From: a virus
IMG/VR virus record: IMGVR_UViG_3300009093_000036
Span: 32,001-96,000 of that record
Strand: one strand, 5' to 3'
Length of the DNA stretch: 64,000 nucleotides
Part shown: one piece after another, positions 44,040 through 52,652 of the stretch
How positions within the stretch are numbered: the first letter of the stretch is position 1
How the letters are laid out: each line of letters begins with the position of its first letter
Made by a program: the position numbers and the translations under genes
The notes under the pieces: model-generated
What the model saw: only the letters and a program-made list of their open reading frames with translations
Database searches by the model: none
Told to the model about the DNA's origin: nothing

Positions 44040-45034
44040 TTTAGCGAGGTCGAGCTGAAGAGCTTGCGCACCCGCAGGTCGAACCAGTACGCGTGGGTGG
44101 AGAGCGAGTGGATGAACGGGCTCGGGTAGCCCATGAAGAGCTGCACCTTCTTGGTGAACACGTCCCACTTGAAGACGCGCATGCCCTTCTCGACACCGAT
44201 GTGCTTCGGCATCTCCTGGCCGTTGATGGAGTGCACCGCCGCGACGGTCTGCATGAAGCCGTAGCGCTCGCTGAGCACCGAGGAGTTCGCGAGCTTCTCG
44301 TCTTCGAGCTGCTGCTCCAGCAGCTTCTGACGGATCTCCTCGTTCTCCAGCGGCGAGATCGAGCGGAACACGACCTCCAGCGCACCCGGCTTGATCGGAA
44401 CGTGCTGCCTGAACTCACCGCTGGCGAGACCGTCGGCGAGGTTCATCTCCTTCACACGACTCTCGACCGCCTTGCGCTCCTCCTCGTTGTTGAGGACGTC
44501 GTTGCGCAGACGCTGCATCATCAGGTCGAAGTCGATGTCCGACGTCTCCGTGAGACGCTGAGCTTCGTCGTCCGAGAGCTTGGTGACGCTCTTCTTCGCT
44601 TCGGCGGGCTTCGCCTCCGCTGCGGCGGTGTCCTGCGGCACCGGCTGTTGCGGAGGAGGCGGCGCAGGCGGCTTCTGCTGAGCGGCCGTCTGCTGGTGGA
44701 GGGCGGACAACCCCGCGATGGTCTCGGGGCTGAGGGAGGGCTTGCGGTCGTTCTCGTCCATGTTCCTGATGTTCTCCTGGGCTACGGCGATGCTCGACAG
44801 CGTCATCGGCCCGTCCTTCTCCGGACGGTACTCCGCATGAGCCGCCGCGAGGTTCGGGATCGGCACCTTCTGCTCTTGGCCGAGGCCCTTGGCGCGCTCC
44901 GCGAGACCCTTCGTGTAGTCCCGCACGTGCGGGTTCGTGGGTCGCGGCGGAACGTTCGGGCGAGAGCCCACGGCAGCAGCTAGGCGGCCAACAGGACCGG
45001 GGCTGGGAGTTCCAGGCCTTCGCGGAGGTGTCAT
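44030..45034 (-). CDS. putative tail assembly chaperone (G-like), 334 aa
   Basis: LEVVFRSISPLE segment; slippery heptamer just before the stop. Confidence 0.6.
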   Translation of the reverse strand: MTPPRRPGTPSPGPVGRLAAAVGSRPNVPPRPTNPHVRDYTKGLAERAKGLGQEQKVPIPNLAAAHAEYRPEKDGPMTLSSIAVAQENIRNMDENDRKPSLSPETIAGLSALHQQTAAQQKPPAPPPPQQPVPQDTAAAEAKPAEAKKSVTKLSDDEAQRLTETSDIDFDLMMQRLRNDVLNNEEERKAVESRVKEMNLADGLASGEFRQHVPIKPGALEVVFRSISPLENEEIRQKLLEQQLEDEKLANSSVLSERYGFMQTVAAVHSINGQEMPKHIGVEKGMRVFKWDVFTKKVQLFMGYPSPFIHSLSTHAYWFDLRVRKLFSSTSLKNG

Positions 45035-45070
45035 GCGAAGGAGAATACAGAGAGCATACAGCCCGGTCAA
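45035..45070 (-). promoter_or_regulatory. sigma70-type promoter, leaderless, sharing a 13-bp site with the RHH promoter
   Basis: TTGACC-N17-TATTCT-N7-ATG. Confidence 0.75.
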
Positions 45071-45084
45071 GGGCCTTCGTCAGC

Positions 45085-45468
45085 TCACCGCAACATGATG
45101 CTCAGGCCACGAACGGCGCGCTCGATGTTGAAGTTCTGTGTGCCCAGCACGAAGCCGCTCTTCGCGAGGTCGGGCATGCTCCGACGCCAGAGCTGCCAGG
45201 AACCGCCGACGAAGCCAGCTTCCTCTTCCCACTCCGCGGTCTTGAGCGTGCAGTCCTTGAAGATCTGCGAGAGCCCCGTCCCCGTGATGATGCGGAGAGA
45301 GGCTTGCTGCTCGACACGGAGCTGCGGGATCGCGACGAGACGCTGACCTTCGTGCTCCTGCACGAGCCACGTCGTCGCCTTCGCGATCTGACCGTGCTCA
45401 GGGCTCAGTACGACCAGGGCTCCGGGGCCTTGGGCGGAGGAGTCGGGGGAGCCGTTGTCACCACGCAT
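45085..45468 (-). CDS. hypothetical protein, 127 aa
   Basis: ORF; start uncertain. Confidence 0.55.
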   Translation of the reverse strand: MRGDNGSPDSSAQGPGALVVLSPEHGQIAKATTWLVQEHEGQRLVAIPQLRVEQQASLRIITGTGLSQIFKDCTLKTAEWEEEAGFVGGSWQLWRRSMPDLAKSGFVLGTQNFNIERAVRGLSIMLR

Positions 45469-45683
45469 CGATCGCTCTTTCCGCAACGACGGCAGATGCC
45501 GAAGTCACTCGAACCAGGGGGCGCCTCGATCTTCATGCCGAGGGCAAAAGAAGAGGAGGTCGGCCAGATGTAGCCGTTGCGAGCTCCGCAGAACTCGCAC
45601 GTGAGCTGCAAACGGTAGTAGCCCGGCGGAGGATCGCCGAGCTTCCAACCGACTGTGGGGGCGCCTTCCCTGGTTTCAGCCAT
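45405..45683 (-). CDS. small Zn-finger protein, 92 aa
   Basis: CEFCG ... CRRCG. Confidence 0.65.
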   Translation of the reverse strand: MAETREGAPTVGWKLGDPPPGYYRLQLTCEFCGARNGYIWPTSSSFALGMKIEAPPGSSDFGICRRCGKSDRCVVTTAPPTPPPKAPEPWSY

Positions 45684-45692
45684 GCATGGAGG

Positions 45693-45881
45693 CTACCACA
45701 GCCGCGGGTTCAGCACCGCGCTGTGCCCGGTGATGGCCGAGAGCAGCCACAACACGAGGAAGACGACAGCGATCACGTAGATGACCTTCTTGATGTTGGC
45801 GTCGATCCACGGGAGCATCGAGATCGCCCACAGAAGGACACCGAAGCCGAGAAGAATCGCGATGAGGGTGAGGAGGGTCAT
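45693..45881 (-). CDS. small two-TM membrane protein (Thivi_2564-like), 62 aa
   Basis: LIAILLGFGVLLWAI..LPWIDANIKKVI.VIAVV..VLWLL; GGAGG SD. Confidence 0.75.
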   Translation of the reverse strand: MTLLTLIAILLGFGVLLWAISMLPWIDANIKKVIYVIAVVFLVLWLLSAITGHSAVLNPRLW

Positions 45882-45968
45882 GCCTCCCGCAACGCACAGA
45901 GCGGGCCGGCGAATCACAGCGTTCCCGGGTCGCAGGCGTGACAGCCACGCCCCACCTGCGACCCACCG

Positions 45969-46265
45969 TCACGGAACGCCGAGGAACGACTTCAGGCCCG
46001 TCAGCGTCTCCTGCATCCGGGACGTGATGTCCCCGAGCACAGCGTTCCGCGTGTGTCCGCGGACCTTGATGTGGAGCTCGGGCTTGAAGTCGTAGTCGGG
46101 AAGCCGATTTCGGCCGAGAGCCATCGGGAGCTTCAACACCAAGTTCACGATGGCGTCATCCTCGAAGGTGACGACCTCGTACCGCAACTCCTGGTGTTGG
46201 AGCCGGCAGTGCTCGACGGCGGCATCGAGCATGTGCTTCAGCTTCTTGAGCTCCTCGTCATTCAT
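45969..46265 (-). CDS. hypothetical protein, 98 aa
   Basis: ATGA overlap. Confidence 0.7.
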   Translation of the reverse strand: MNDEELKKLKHMLDAAVEHCRLQHQELRYEVVTFEDDAIVNLVLKLPMALGRNRLPDYDFKPELHIKVRGHTRNAVLGDITSRMQETLTGLKSFLGVP

Positions 46266-46759
46266 GACTTCGTGGCCTCCACCATGAACTTGTCCAGCGA
46301 CTGTCGGAACACCCGAACGATGGTCTTCTTGTCCGCCGAAGACAAGAACTCGCTGCCGAAGTGCAGCTTGTTCAGTCGTCGGAGCTCCTTGACGGTGAGG
46401 GCGGGAGCCTCCTCGTGCAAGCGCATCGCCTCGTTCTTGGTGAGGGTCTTGTTGGCCTTCTTCACGGAGTCCCTTTCCAGCTCGTACAGACGCTCGTACT
46501 CCTTGTTGACCGCCTTCTCGCCGACCGCCAGCACCTCGCAGCCGAAAGACCGCCACCGGGCTTCGGTGGGAGCACTCTGAGAAACGGCGAGGAACTTCAC
46601 GAGGTGATCCATTCGCGACCGTGGCCCACCACCCATCTGGGCGCGCTCCAGCTTCCGTGAGTCCTCCTCGGTCGCCGGGAAGCACATGTCGTAGCGCATC
46701 ATGTCGATCACGGAACTGATGGTTCCGATCTTGATGAGGAGCTTGATGGGCTGCTTCAC
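46262..46759 (-). CDS. hypothetical protein, 165 aa
   Basis: GTGA overlap. Confidence 0.7.
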   Translation of the reverse strand: MKQPIKLLIKIGTISSVIDMMRYDMCFPATEEDSRKLERAQMGGGPRSRMDHLVKFLAVSQSAPTEARWRSFGCEVLAVGEKAVNKEYERLYELERDSVKKANKTLTKNEAMRLHEEAPALTVKELRRLNKLHFGSEFLSSADKKTIVRVFRQSLDKFMVEATKS

Positions 46760-46980
46760 GTCCGCCTCGGGAGCATCTCCATCAGCCAGCGATCGACGCC
46801 CTCGGGCAGGGCTTCTCCGTTGTCCAGCCGATCGGCGAGCGTACGGAGAGCCACCGCCCGCGTGTGAACGACCGCCTGCTCCTGGCTGTCTCCGTAGGCC
46901 ATGGCACCGGGAAGGGCATCCACCTCCCCGATCCAGCGCCCATCTTCCTCTTGCTCGATCTCGATCTTCAAGTTGCTCAT
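46756..46980 (-). CDS. hicB: HicB-family antitoxin-like protein, 74 aa
   Basis: IEQEEDGRWIGEVDALPGAMAYGDSQEQA...LDNGEALP. Confidence 0.85.
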   Translation of the reverse strand: MSNLKIEIEQEEDGRWIGEVDALPGAMAYGDSQEQAVVHTRAVALRTLADRLDNGEALPEGVDRWLMEMLPRRT

Positions 46981-46982
46981 GT

Positions 46983-47189
46983 TCAATCCCTGTCTTCCAT
47001 CCGGCAGGTCCAGTCCTCGGTAGGCCGCCCCTGCTCATCCAGAACCTGCTCGACGTACCCACCATCCCGGACGCACTTCTGGCGTTCATGGTCGTCGTGG
47101 TAGCGGGCGTAGCCGATGAAGGCCATCGCCATGAGCAGGAACACGATGATGAGGTAGGCCTTCTCTTGGTCGTACTGCTCTTCGGTCAC
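46983..47189 (-). CDS. small membrane protein, 68 aa
   Basis: GGAG SD plus GTG; one TM. Confidence 0.65.
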   Translation of the reverse strand: MTEEQYDQEKAYLIIVFLLMAMAFIGYARYHDDHERQKCVRDGGYVEQVLDEQGRPTEDWTCRMEDRD

Positions 47190-47228
47190 ATCTACTCCGT
47201 CAACATCAAGTTGTTTGGGACGAGGCAC

Positions 47229-47795
47229 CTACCCGCGGATCAACCGTCCGTTGATGGGGTCGGTCGTTGGGTTCTCCGAGCGGTACTCGGTTCGGATCTT
47301 CTGCATGAGCTCGGCGTGGTTGGCCTGAAGGACACTGAGCTCGGTGTCCATCCTTCTGAGCTCGGCGTTCTTCGAGACAGCCATGCCCTCGCCCTTGCGG
47401 ATCTTCTCGTTGCGCTCGACCAGCTTCTTGAGCTTCGGAAGATGCTTGAGGTAGACGTACGCCGATTTCCTGTACGTGCTGTCGTACTTCCCGCTCCCAC
47501 CGCTGGAGCTGTGGATCTCGAAGTCGGAGTAGCCGTGCCACCTCCCGAGCCGAGAGTTCCCCGGGAACTCGTAGTAGTGAGTCCCCGTCACCAGCTCCAG
47601 CCAGTCGATGTGCCGGTGCCGCTCCTTGCTGGAGATGTAGTCGGCATCGATGGTGAAGACCAAGCGATCGGTGTCCATCCAGACCTGGCTGACCTTCCAG
47701 TACCTGAACTTCTTGCCGCGGATCCTCTCGGCCTCCTTGCGAAGCATCGAGAGGAACTCGTCAGCCGTTGCTGCGCTCTTGAACGGGTTCTTCAT
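47229..47795 (-). CDS. hypothetical protein, 188 aa
   Basis: ORF; TAG stop. Confidence 0.7.
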   Translation of the reverse strand: MKNPFKSAATADEFLSMLRKEAERIRGKKFRYWKVSQVWMDTDRLVFTIDADYISSKERHRHIDWLELVTGTHYYEFPGNSRLGRWHGYSDFEIHSSSGGSGKYDSTYRKSAYVYLKHLPKLKKLVERNEKIRKGEGMAVSKNAELRRMDTELSVLQANHAELMQKIRTEYRSENPTTDPINGRLIRG

Positions 47796-47889
47796 GTCGT
47801 GGTTCCTGGTCGAAGTGGTGGAAGGCGGCGGCGAGCATCAGGATGAAGCCCAGGGTCACCAGCCCGCCGAAGACGAGACGTGCGGTCAT
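47761..47889 (-). CDS. small membrane peptide, 42 aa
   Basis: MTARLVFGGLVTLGFILMLAAAF; ATGA overlap. Confidence 0.5.
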   Translation of the reverse strand: MTARLVFGGLVTLGFILMLAAAFHHFDQEPRHEEPVQERSNG

Positions 47890-48323
47890 GATGTTCCTCT
47901 CGCACGAAGCGCCTCTTCAGCCTTGCTGGCACGCTCCTCCATCGCTTCGAGAGCATCGGCAGCCTGGGACCACGCCTGCGCCTCTCCGGCACTGATGTGG
48001 TCCAGGTCCGCCCTCTCCCGTAGATCGGCCACGCTGACGTAGCCGAAGCCATGTTGAGGCGTGGGGTGCTTCTTCGTCATCCGCGCATGGAACTCCCGCA
48101 ACTTCTTCAACTCCTTCAGAAGCTCGGGAACGTTGTTCCGCAGCGCCACGATGAGCTTGGCGTCCCGCTCGAAGCTGACATCGAACGAGTAGTGGTTGCT
48201 GGTGTAGACCCGCGTCCACGACTCAGTGCGGTGCCCGCTCTCGTGAATGTCGACGTGCTCCCAGGGCTCTTCCGTGGGCTGCTGCTCGAAGAGCTCTTCG
48301 AGCTCCTGAAGAGCATCAGCCAC
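47886..48323 (-). CDS. hypothetical protein, 145 aa
   Basis: ORF in operon. Confidence 0.7.
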   Translation of the reverse strand: MADALQELEELFEQQPTEEPWEHVDIHESGHRTESWTRVYTSNHYSFDVSFERDAKLIVALRNNVPELLKELKKLREFHARMTKKHPTPQHGFGYVSVADLRERADLDHISAGEAQAWSQAADALEAMEERASKAEEALRARGTS

Positions 48324-48624
48324 GGTAGTTCGCCTTCGTCAGGAGATTGAGGCGGTTGAAGATCCGTGGTGGGAGCGCCGCCTTGTCGAGGAAGGCGCGG
48401 AGCTTGGCCTTGCCGGCTTGCTCCGCCTCCTTGGTGAACGACCACACGTTGCCGCCAGGGGTCTGAACGATGGCGAGATACGTCCGGCCCTCGTCGTTGG
48501 TGGTGATCGACAGCGCCATCCCCAGCGGATGCAGGATCAGCTTGTTGATGGCGTAGACGATCCCGGTGTCGAGCAACTTCTTCTCGACCTGCTCCATCGT
48601 GAGCTCGATGACTTTCTCGGTCAT
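48316..48624 (-). CDS. hypothetical protein, 102 aa
   Basis: ATGA overlap. Confidence 0.7.
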   Translation of the reverse strand: MTEKVIELTMEQVEKKLLDTGIVYAINKLILHPLGMALSITTNDEGRTYLAIVQTPGGNVWSFTKEAEQAGKAKLRAFLDKAALPPRIFNRLNLLTKANYRG

Positions 48625-49178
48625 GCTGTCTCCTTCTTCTTCACGGGCTCACGGTAGGACTTGTCGTGCCAAGGCGGGAACTCCAAGTTCTCACCCATCA
48701 GGTCGAGCATCTCCTTTTCGATGGCGTCCTTGCCACCGAGCGCCTTCACCAGATCGCCCATGCTCGGAGGGACGAGCTTGCCCTTGTCGAGCAGCTCGGC
48801 GACGCGATCGGCGAAGATGGTGAGGCTCTGGACGTTCAGCCCGAGCAAGCCGGTGTCGATGTACGGCATGAGGGCCTTGATGCCGACGTATGTGTGCTGC
48901 ATCGCGATCGCTTCCACGGTGCTGTTCATCCGCAGCTTGGCCCGCATCGTCTCCCGCATCAGAAGCATGCCGGCGAGAACGTACTGATTCATCTCCTCGC
49001 GCTGGTCGCGCAACATCTCCTCGAAGCGCAGCTTGGCGGTGCCATGGTCAGCGATCATTGAGACCTTCTCGCGCTCCAGCTCCCGGATGCGCTCGTGCAG
49101 CGTGTTCCGCTCTGCCTTCGTTGCCTTCTCCAGCTCCTCGATCTTGATTTCGAGCTTGCTCTTCCTCGGCATGTTCAT
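48621..49178 (-). CDS. coiled-coil hypothetical protein, 185 aa
   Basis: ATGA overlap. Confidence 0.7.
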   Translation of the reverse strand: MNMPRKSKLEIKIEELEKATKAERNTLHERIRELEREKVSMIADHGTAKLRFEEMLRDQREEMNQYVLAGMLLMRETMRAKLRMNSTVEAIAMQHTYVGIKALMPYIDTGLLGLNVQSLTIFADRVAELLDKGKLVPPSMGDLVKALGGKDAIEKEMLDLMGENLEFPPWHDKSYREPVKKKETA

Positions 49179-49372
49179 CCTACCTTCGGGGCGATGGAGC
49201 CATCGGCACGCATCCGGTCGAACACGGTGTCCGTATCGAAGTAGTCGGTGCTGTCCGCGTTCTTGTGGTTGGTGTGTTCGACTTCCTCGCCGCACCAGCG
49301 ACAGAGGCGGTCCTCGGGGCCGATGTGATCAGCCATCGTGGCACCGCCCTCGAACTCGTGAGGGATGGGCAT
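49175..49372 (-). CDS. small hypothetical protein, 65 aa
   Basis: CRWC; TGATG overlap. Confidence 0.55.
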   Translation of the reverse strand: MPIPHEFEGGATMADHIGPEDRLCRWCGEEVEHTNHKNADSTDYFDTDTVFDRMRADGSIAPKVG

Positions 49373-50301
49373 CAGCCTGCCGCCGTCGAAGGACCGCACT
49401 TCGGGCACTCGGGATCCGGCCCCGTCTCTTCGGTGCATCCGATGCACTCGGGAGGCGGCCGCTTGTTCCACGGCTTGAACGAGAGCAGCCAGTCGACGTT
49501 CGGGAACTTGCCCTCGAAGCAGAAGGCACGATCGTCGATCATCATGTTGGAGGCGGGCTTCTGGGTCGGGAACTCCAGAGCGTCGATGACGAACTGAGAG
49601 GCCGGTGCAAGCTCCTCCAGGTCGAGTCCGCCGACTTCCTTCTCGTAGAAGACGATGAGGTGCTTGAGCAACCACGCCTTCATCGCCTCGATGCCGCCGG
49701 CGTCCTTGCTTCGGCTGCTGTAGACGCAGACCTGGAAGCGATCGTCGTGCGCCATCTGGGCGAGCCACGCCATCGCTCCCGGAACCGGGTCATCCACGAT
49801 GATGTGGGCGCCGCCCATCCAGCCCGACGTGTAGGAGTGCAGGACCCCATCGAAGTCGCAGCAGATGATGCTGACGCGCTTGCTCGGCAGAAGCTTGCCG
49901 GTGTTGGGCTCGTCCACTGGCACCTTCAGCCATCGCTCCGGCACCGCCTTCGAGATCGTGGACTGGTCGGCGTAGAGCTCGGCGAGGACCTTGTCGAGGA
50001 GGTTCGAGGCGCACTCCTTCCGCTGCTCCTTCGACATCTCGTACATGAACGTGTGCAGGTTCACGTAGTACTTCAGGATGACGTCGACGGGGATGTCCCG
50101 GATGTGCGTGGAACGCACGGGGTGCTCTCGGTCGAAGTAGTTGTTGGTGACGGCGCGGTGCAGCATCTCTGCGTACACCTCACGCAGGAGCATGCCCTGC
50201 GCGACTTCTTTGTTCGTGGGACCCATGGTTGCGTTCCTGTACCAGTTGGCGAGGTTGTTGACCCAGTCGGGCCAGACGTTGCTGATTCCGTAGCCCATCA
50301 C
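49372..50301 (-). CDS. protein with C-terminal HAD-family phosphatase domain, 309 aa
   Basis: DFDGVL, YSSR, KP...IDDRA. Confidence 0.8.
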   Translation of the reverse strand: MMGYGISNVWPDWVNNLANWYRNATMGPTNKEVAQGMLLREVYAEMLHRAVTNNYFDREHPVRSTHIRDIPVDVILKYYVNLHTFMYEMSKEQRKECASNLLDKVLAELYADQSTISKAVPERWLKVPVDEPNTGKLLPSKRVSIICCDFDGVLHSYTSGWMGGAHIIVDDPVPGAMAWLAQMAHDDRFQVCVYSSRSKDAGGIEAMKAWLLKHLIVFYEKEVGGLDLEELAPASQFVIDALEFPTQKPASNMMIDDRAFCFEGKFPNVDWLLSFKPWNKRPPPECIGCTEETGPDPECPKCGPSTAAG

Positions 50302-50831
50302 TTCTTCTTGTGGGATCGCTTGGGCTTCGCGGGCGCCGGGACCATCACCGCGATCTTCATCACCGCGATCTTCTCGCCGGCGTGCTTCTCACGCTGCTCG
50401 ACGTAGTCCATGTAGAGCTTGCTGCCCATTTCGTTGACGTCGACCGACACCAAGCGAAGAGCCTCCGCTTCGGGAAGAGCACCCTCGGTGAACTTGGCGA
50501 TCGCCTTGTTCAGGACGTACTGAGCAGCGCTGGTCCACCCTGACGCGATGCCAGCTTCGTGAATGAGGTCCTTCTGCGTCTCGTCGGCCTCGTTGAGGGT
50601 GGCCTTCTTCGCTGCACGGCGGAGACGCTCCACCATCTTGTTGTCGTCGAGCTCGTGGAACGGCGGGCTGACGTACTGCTTGCCCTGACTGATCGCCTCC
50701 TGGTGCTTGCGCTGCTCCTCGGGCGTCCAGGTGTACTCCTCGATGGCAGCGTGCAGCCGCATGATGCGGATCATGAGATCCGAGGTCTGGTAGCGCGGTT
50801 CCTTCGAGGCGGGCGTGATCTTCTTGGTCAT
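50298..50831 (-). CDS. hypothetical protein, 177 aa
   Basis: overlapping stop/start. Confidence 0.7.
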   Translation of the reverse strand: MTKKITPASKEPRYQTSDLMIRIMRLHAAIEEYTWTPEEQRKHQEAISQGKQYVSPPFHELDDNKMVERLRRAAKKATLNEADETQKDLIHEAGIASGWTSAAQYVLNKAIAKFTEGALPEAEALRLVSVDVNEMGSKLYMDYVEQREKHAGEKIAVMKIAVMVPAPAKPKRSHKKK

Positions 50832-51475
50832 GTTCGTTTCTTTCGTTTCGTTGTTGGAGCAGGAAGCGCGAGCAACGAGCCACCCGTGAGTAGCCCGGCG
50901 ATCGCTTTGTTGATGTTGTCTTGGGACAGCAGGTCCATCACGCGGGACGAGAGTGTCTCCATTCCCGCCTGGAGCTTCTTCAGCGCCTCACGCGCTTCTG
51001 GCGTGTCTCGAATGATCGCGACGCTGTAGTACTCGGTGCCTCCATGCATGCCGGAGTGCTGGCTGTACACCTTCCGCGACTTCGGCTCCTTCTTCCCCTT
51101 CATGAACTTCGTCGAGCCAGGGTGGCGGTAGTAGTGCTCACCGTTGCGAACCGCTGTCTCGAAGCGTTCGACCTCGATGGAGAGCTGCATCTTGTCGCCG
51201 TTCGCCAAGAACATGTCCTTCTCGTTCTTGAAGTCGTTGACTTGAACTTCCAGCCACGGCTCCCACTTGAAGGAGACCTTCTCGTCGATCGCCTTCAGCA
51301 TCTTGGTCCGAAGCTCACGGATGTCGGTGCTCGTGTGCTGGATCTCAAACTCGGGGCAGTAGGCGGTGAGGGTGTTTCCATCGAAGAAGATGGCGAAGGG
51401 GACCTGAGCCTCTCCTCCGCCAAACTCCTCCGCGATGTTGCGACCGTAGACCCCGTGCGGTCTCTTGATGGACAT
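50828..51475 (-). CDS. hypothetical protein, 215 aa
   Basis: ATG immediately after upstream TAG. Confidence 0.7.
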   Translation of the reverse strand: MSIKRPHGVYGRNIAEEFGGGEAQVPFAIFFDGNTLTAYCPEFEIQHTSTDIRELRTKMLKAIDEKVSFKWEPWLEVQVNDFKNEKDMFLANGDKMQLSIEVERFETAVRNGEHYYRHPGSTKFMKGKKEPKSRKVYSQHSGMHGGTEYYSVAIIRDTPEAREALKKLQAGMETLSSRVMDLLSQDNINKAIAGLLTGGSLLALPAPTTKRKKRT

Positions 51476-51829
51476 CTACTTGTTCCCGAAGAAGGACAGC
51501 GCGTAGCCCAGGATGCGGTCCCGGGACTCCTTGCCGACATCGATGAGCATCCCCATCACGGACTTGAGGACCTGAAGCTCTCGCATGATCTTGTCTTCGT
51601 GAACCCCGACGCTGACAGTGCATCGCTGAACCCACACACCGTTGCCGACGTGGAGCTTCCCGATGACGTGGTTCGTCACTTCCTCGGTGAGCTTCTTCAT
51701 GAGCTCGTCGGTGTTGAAGGGCTTGTCCCCGTAGAACTCGATGTCGCTGATCCTGATGTAGAGCTCGGCCACTTTCGTGGGATCGCTCTTTCTGACCTCG
51801 AAGGAGGTCGGCGGCATGGAAGGCATCAC
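51476..51829 (-). CDS. hypothetical protein, 117 aa
   Basis: TAG stop directly fused to next ATG. Confidence 0.7.
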   Translation of the reverse strand: MMPSMPPTSFEVRKSDPTKVAELYIRISDIEFYGDKPFNTDELMKKLTEEVTNHVIGKLHVGNGVWVQRCTVSVGVHEDKIMRELQVLKSVMGMLIDVGKESRDRILGYALSFFGNK

Positions 51830-52269
51830 ATCCCCTTTCTGGCACGCTCGACGAGGTCGAGGGCGTTGACTTCGACGTCGTAGGTGTCGTCCGGGAAAGA
51901 CTCCTTCACGGCGAGCCGAAGAGCAGCCAGAAGCTCCTCCTTCGACATGTCGTCGAGGGTTTTCTTCACCGGCGTTCGCTTCCGTGTTGTCCGCTTGGGT
52001 GGCGGCGTCAGCGGCTTCAGCTCGACCGAGGCCACACCGGCGGCATAGCCGGCGACGAACCCATCGCCATGGATCTCGGCGTGCGGGCCCTCGTAGGCGT
52101 GGATGCGACGCTTGTGGGCTCCATCCTCGATCTCGACATCACAGCGTTCCGTCGTTCCGTTGACGAAGGTGCGCACCCGCATGTTGAAGTTGTCGAGCCT
52201 CTTCACTCCCTTGACTGACCACGACTTCGGGTTGCCCCGAGGTGCGAGGCGTTCTCCGGGAAACGGCAT
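51826..52269 (-). CDS. hypothetical protein, 147 aa
   Basis: GAGGAG SD. Confidence 0.7.
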   Translation of the reverse strand: MPFPGERLAPRGNPKSWSVKGVKRLDNFNMRVRTFVNGTTERCDVEIEDGAHKRRIHAYEGPHAEIHGDGFVAGYAAGVASVELKPLTPPPKRTTRKRTPVKKTLDDMSKEELLAALRLAVKESFPDDTYDVEVNALDLVERARKGM

Positions 52270-52271
52270 AC

Positions 52272-52652
52272 TTACTCCTCTACGCTTTCGTGTTTTCGGG
52301 CGTACTTCAGCCTGCCGCGAACACGGTGAACAAGAACATCGGGCCGTAGCTCGGGCGTGAGCTCGCAGCCCTTGAACGTACACGGCCTGTTGTAGGGGTG
52401 GTCACGACACATGTCCGGCCGCTGCTCGTAGATCGTGCAGTCGCGAGTCTCTCTGTCGAAGTACCGGCACGTGTAGTGGTGGGCTTCTGGCTCGCCAGGG
52501 AAGTTGGAGTTTGGCGCACGGTACTTGCCCTTGTACAACACCATCCTCGCGATGAGGGCGTCATCCTTGTGGCTCGTCAGCGTGTGAAGCTCTGAAGGTG
52601 AGTACATCAAGATGAAGTCCTCGCAGCAGTGCCCGGTGCACCGCTCAGCCAT
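52272..52652 (-). CDS. YkgJ-family cysteine-cluster protein, 126 aa
   Basis: CTGHCC ... CRYFD...CTIYEQRPDMCR. Confidence 0.85.
   Translation of the reverse strand: MAERCTGHCCEDFILMYSPSELHTLTSHKDDALIARMVLYKGKYRAPNSNFPGEPEAHHYTCRYFDRETRDCTIYEQRPDMCRDHPYNRPCTFKGCELTPELRPDVLVHRVRGRLKYARKHESVEE

Noticed and set aside
45085-45468. Possible tail tube gene upstream of the chaperone
   Set aside because: Only a vague FKDC..W resemblance and the protein is short; unsupported without a structure search.
46983-47231. Readthrough at TAG 47229 into the in-frame downstream ORF
   Set aside because: The spacer contains the palindromic site and a GGAG SD before GTG 47189, so independent initiation explains it; it is counted in the tally but not favoured.
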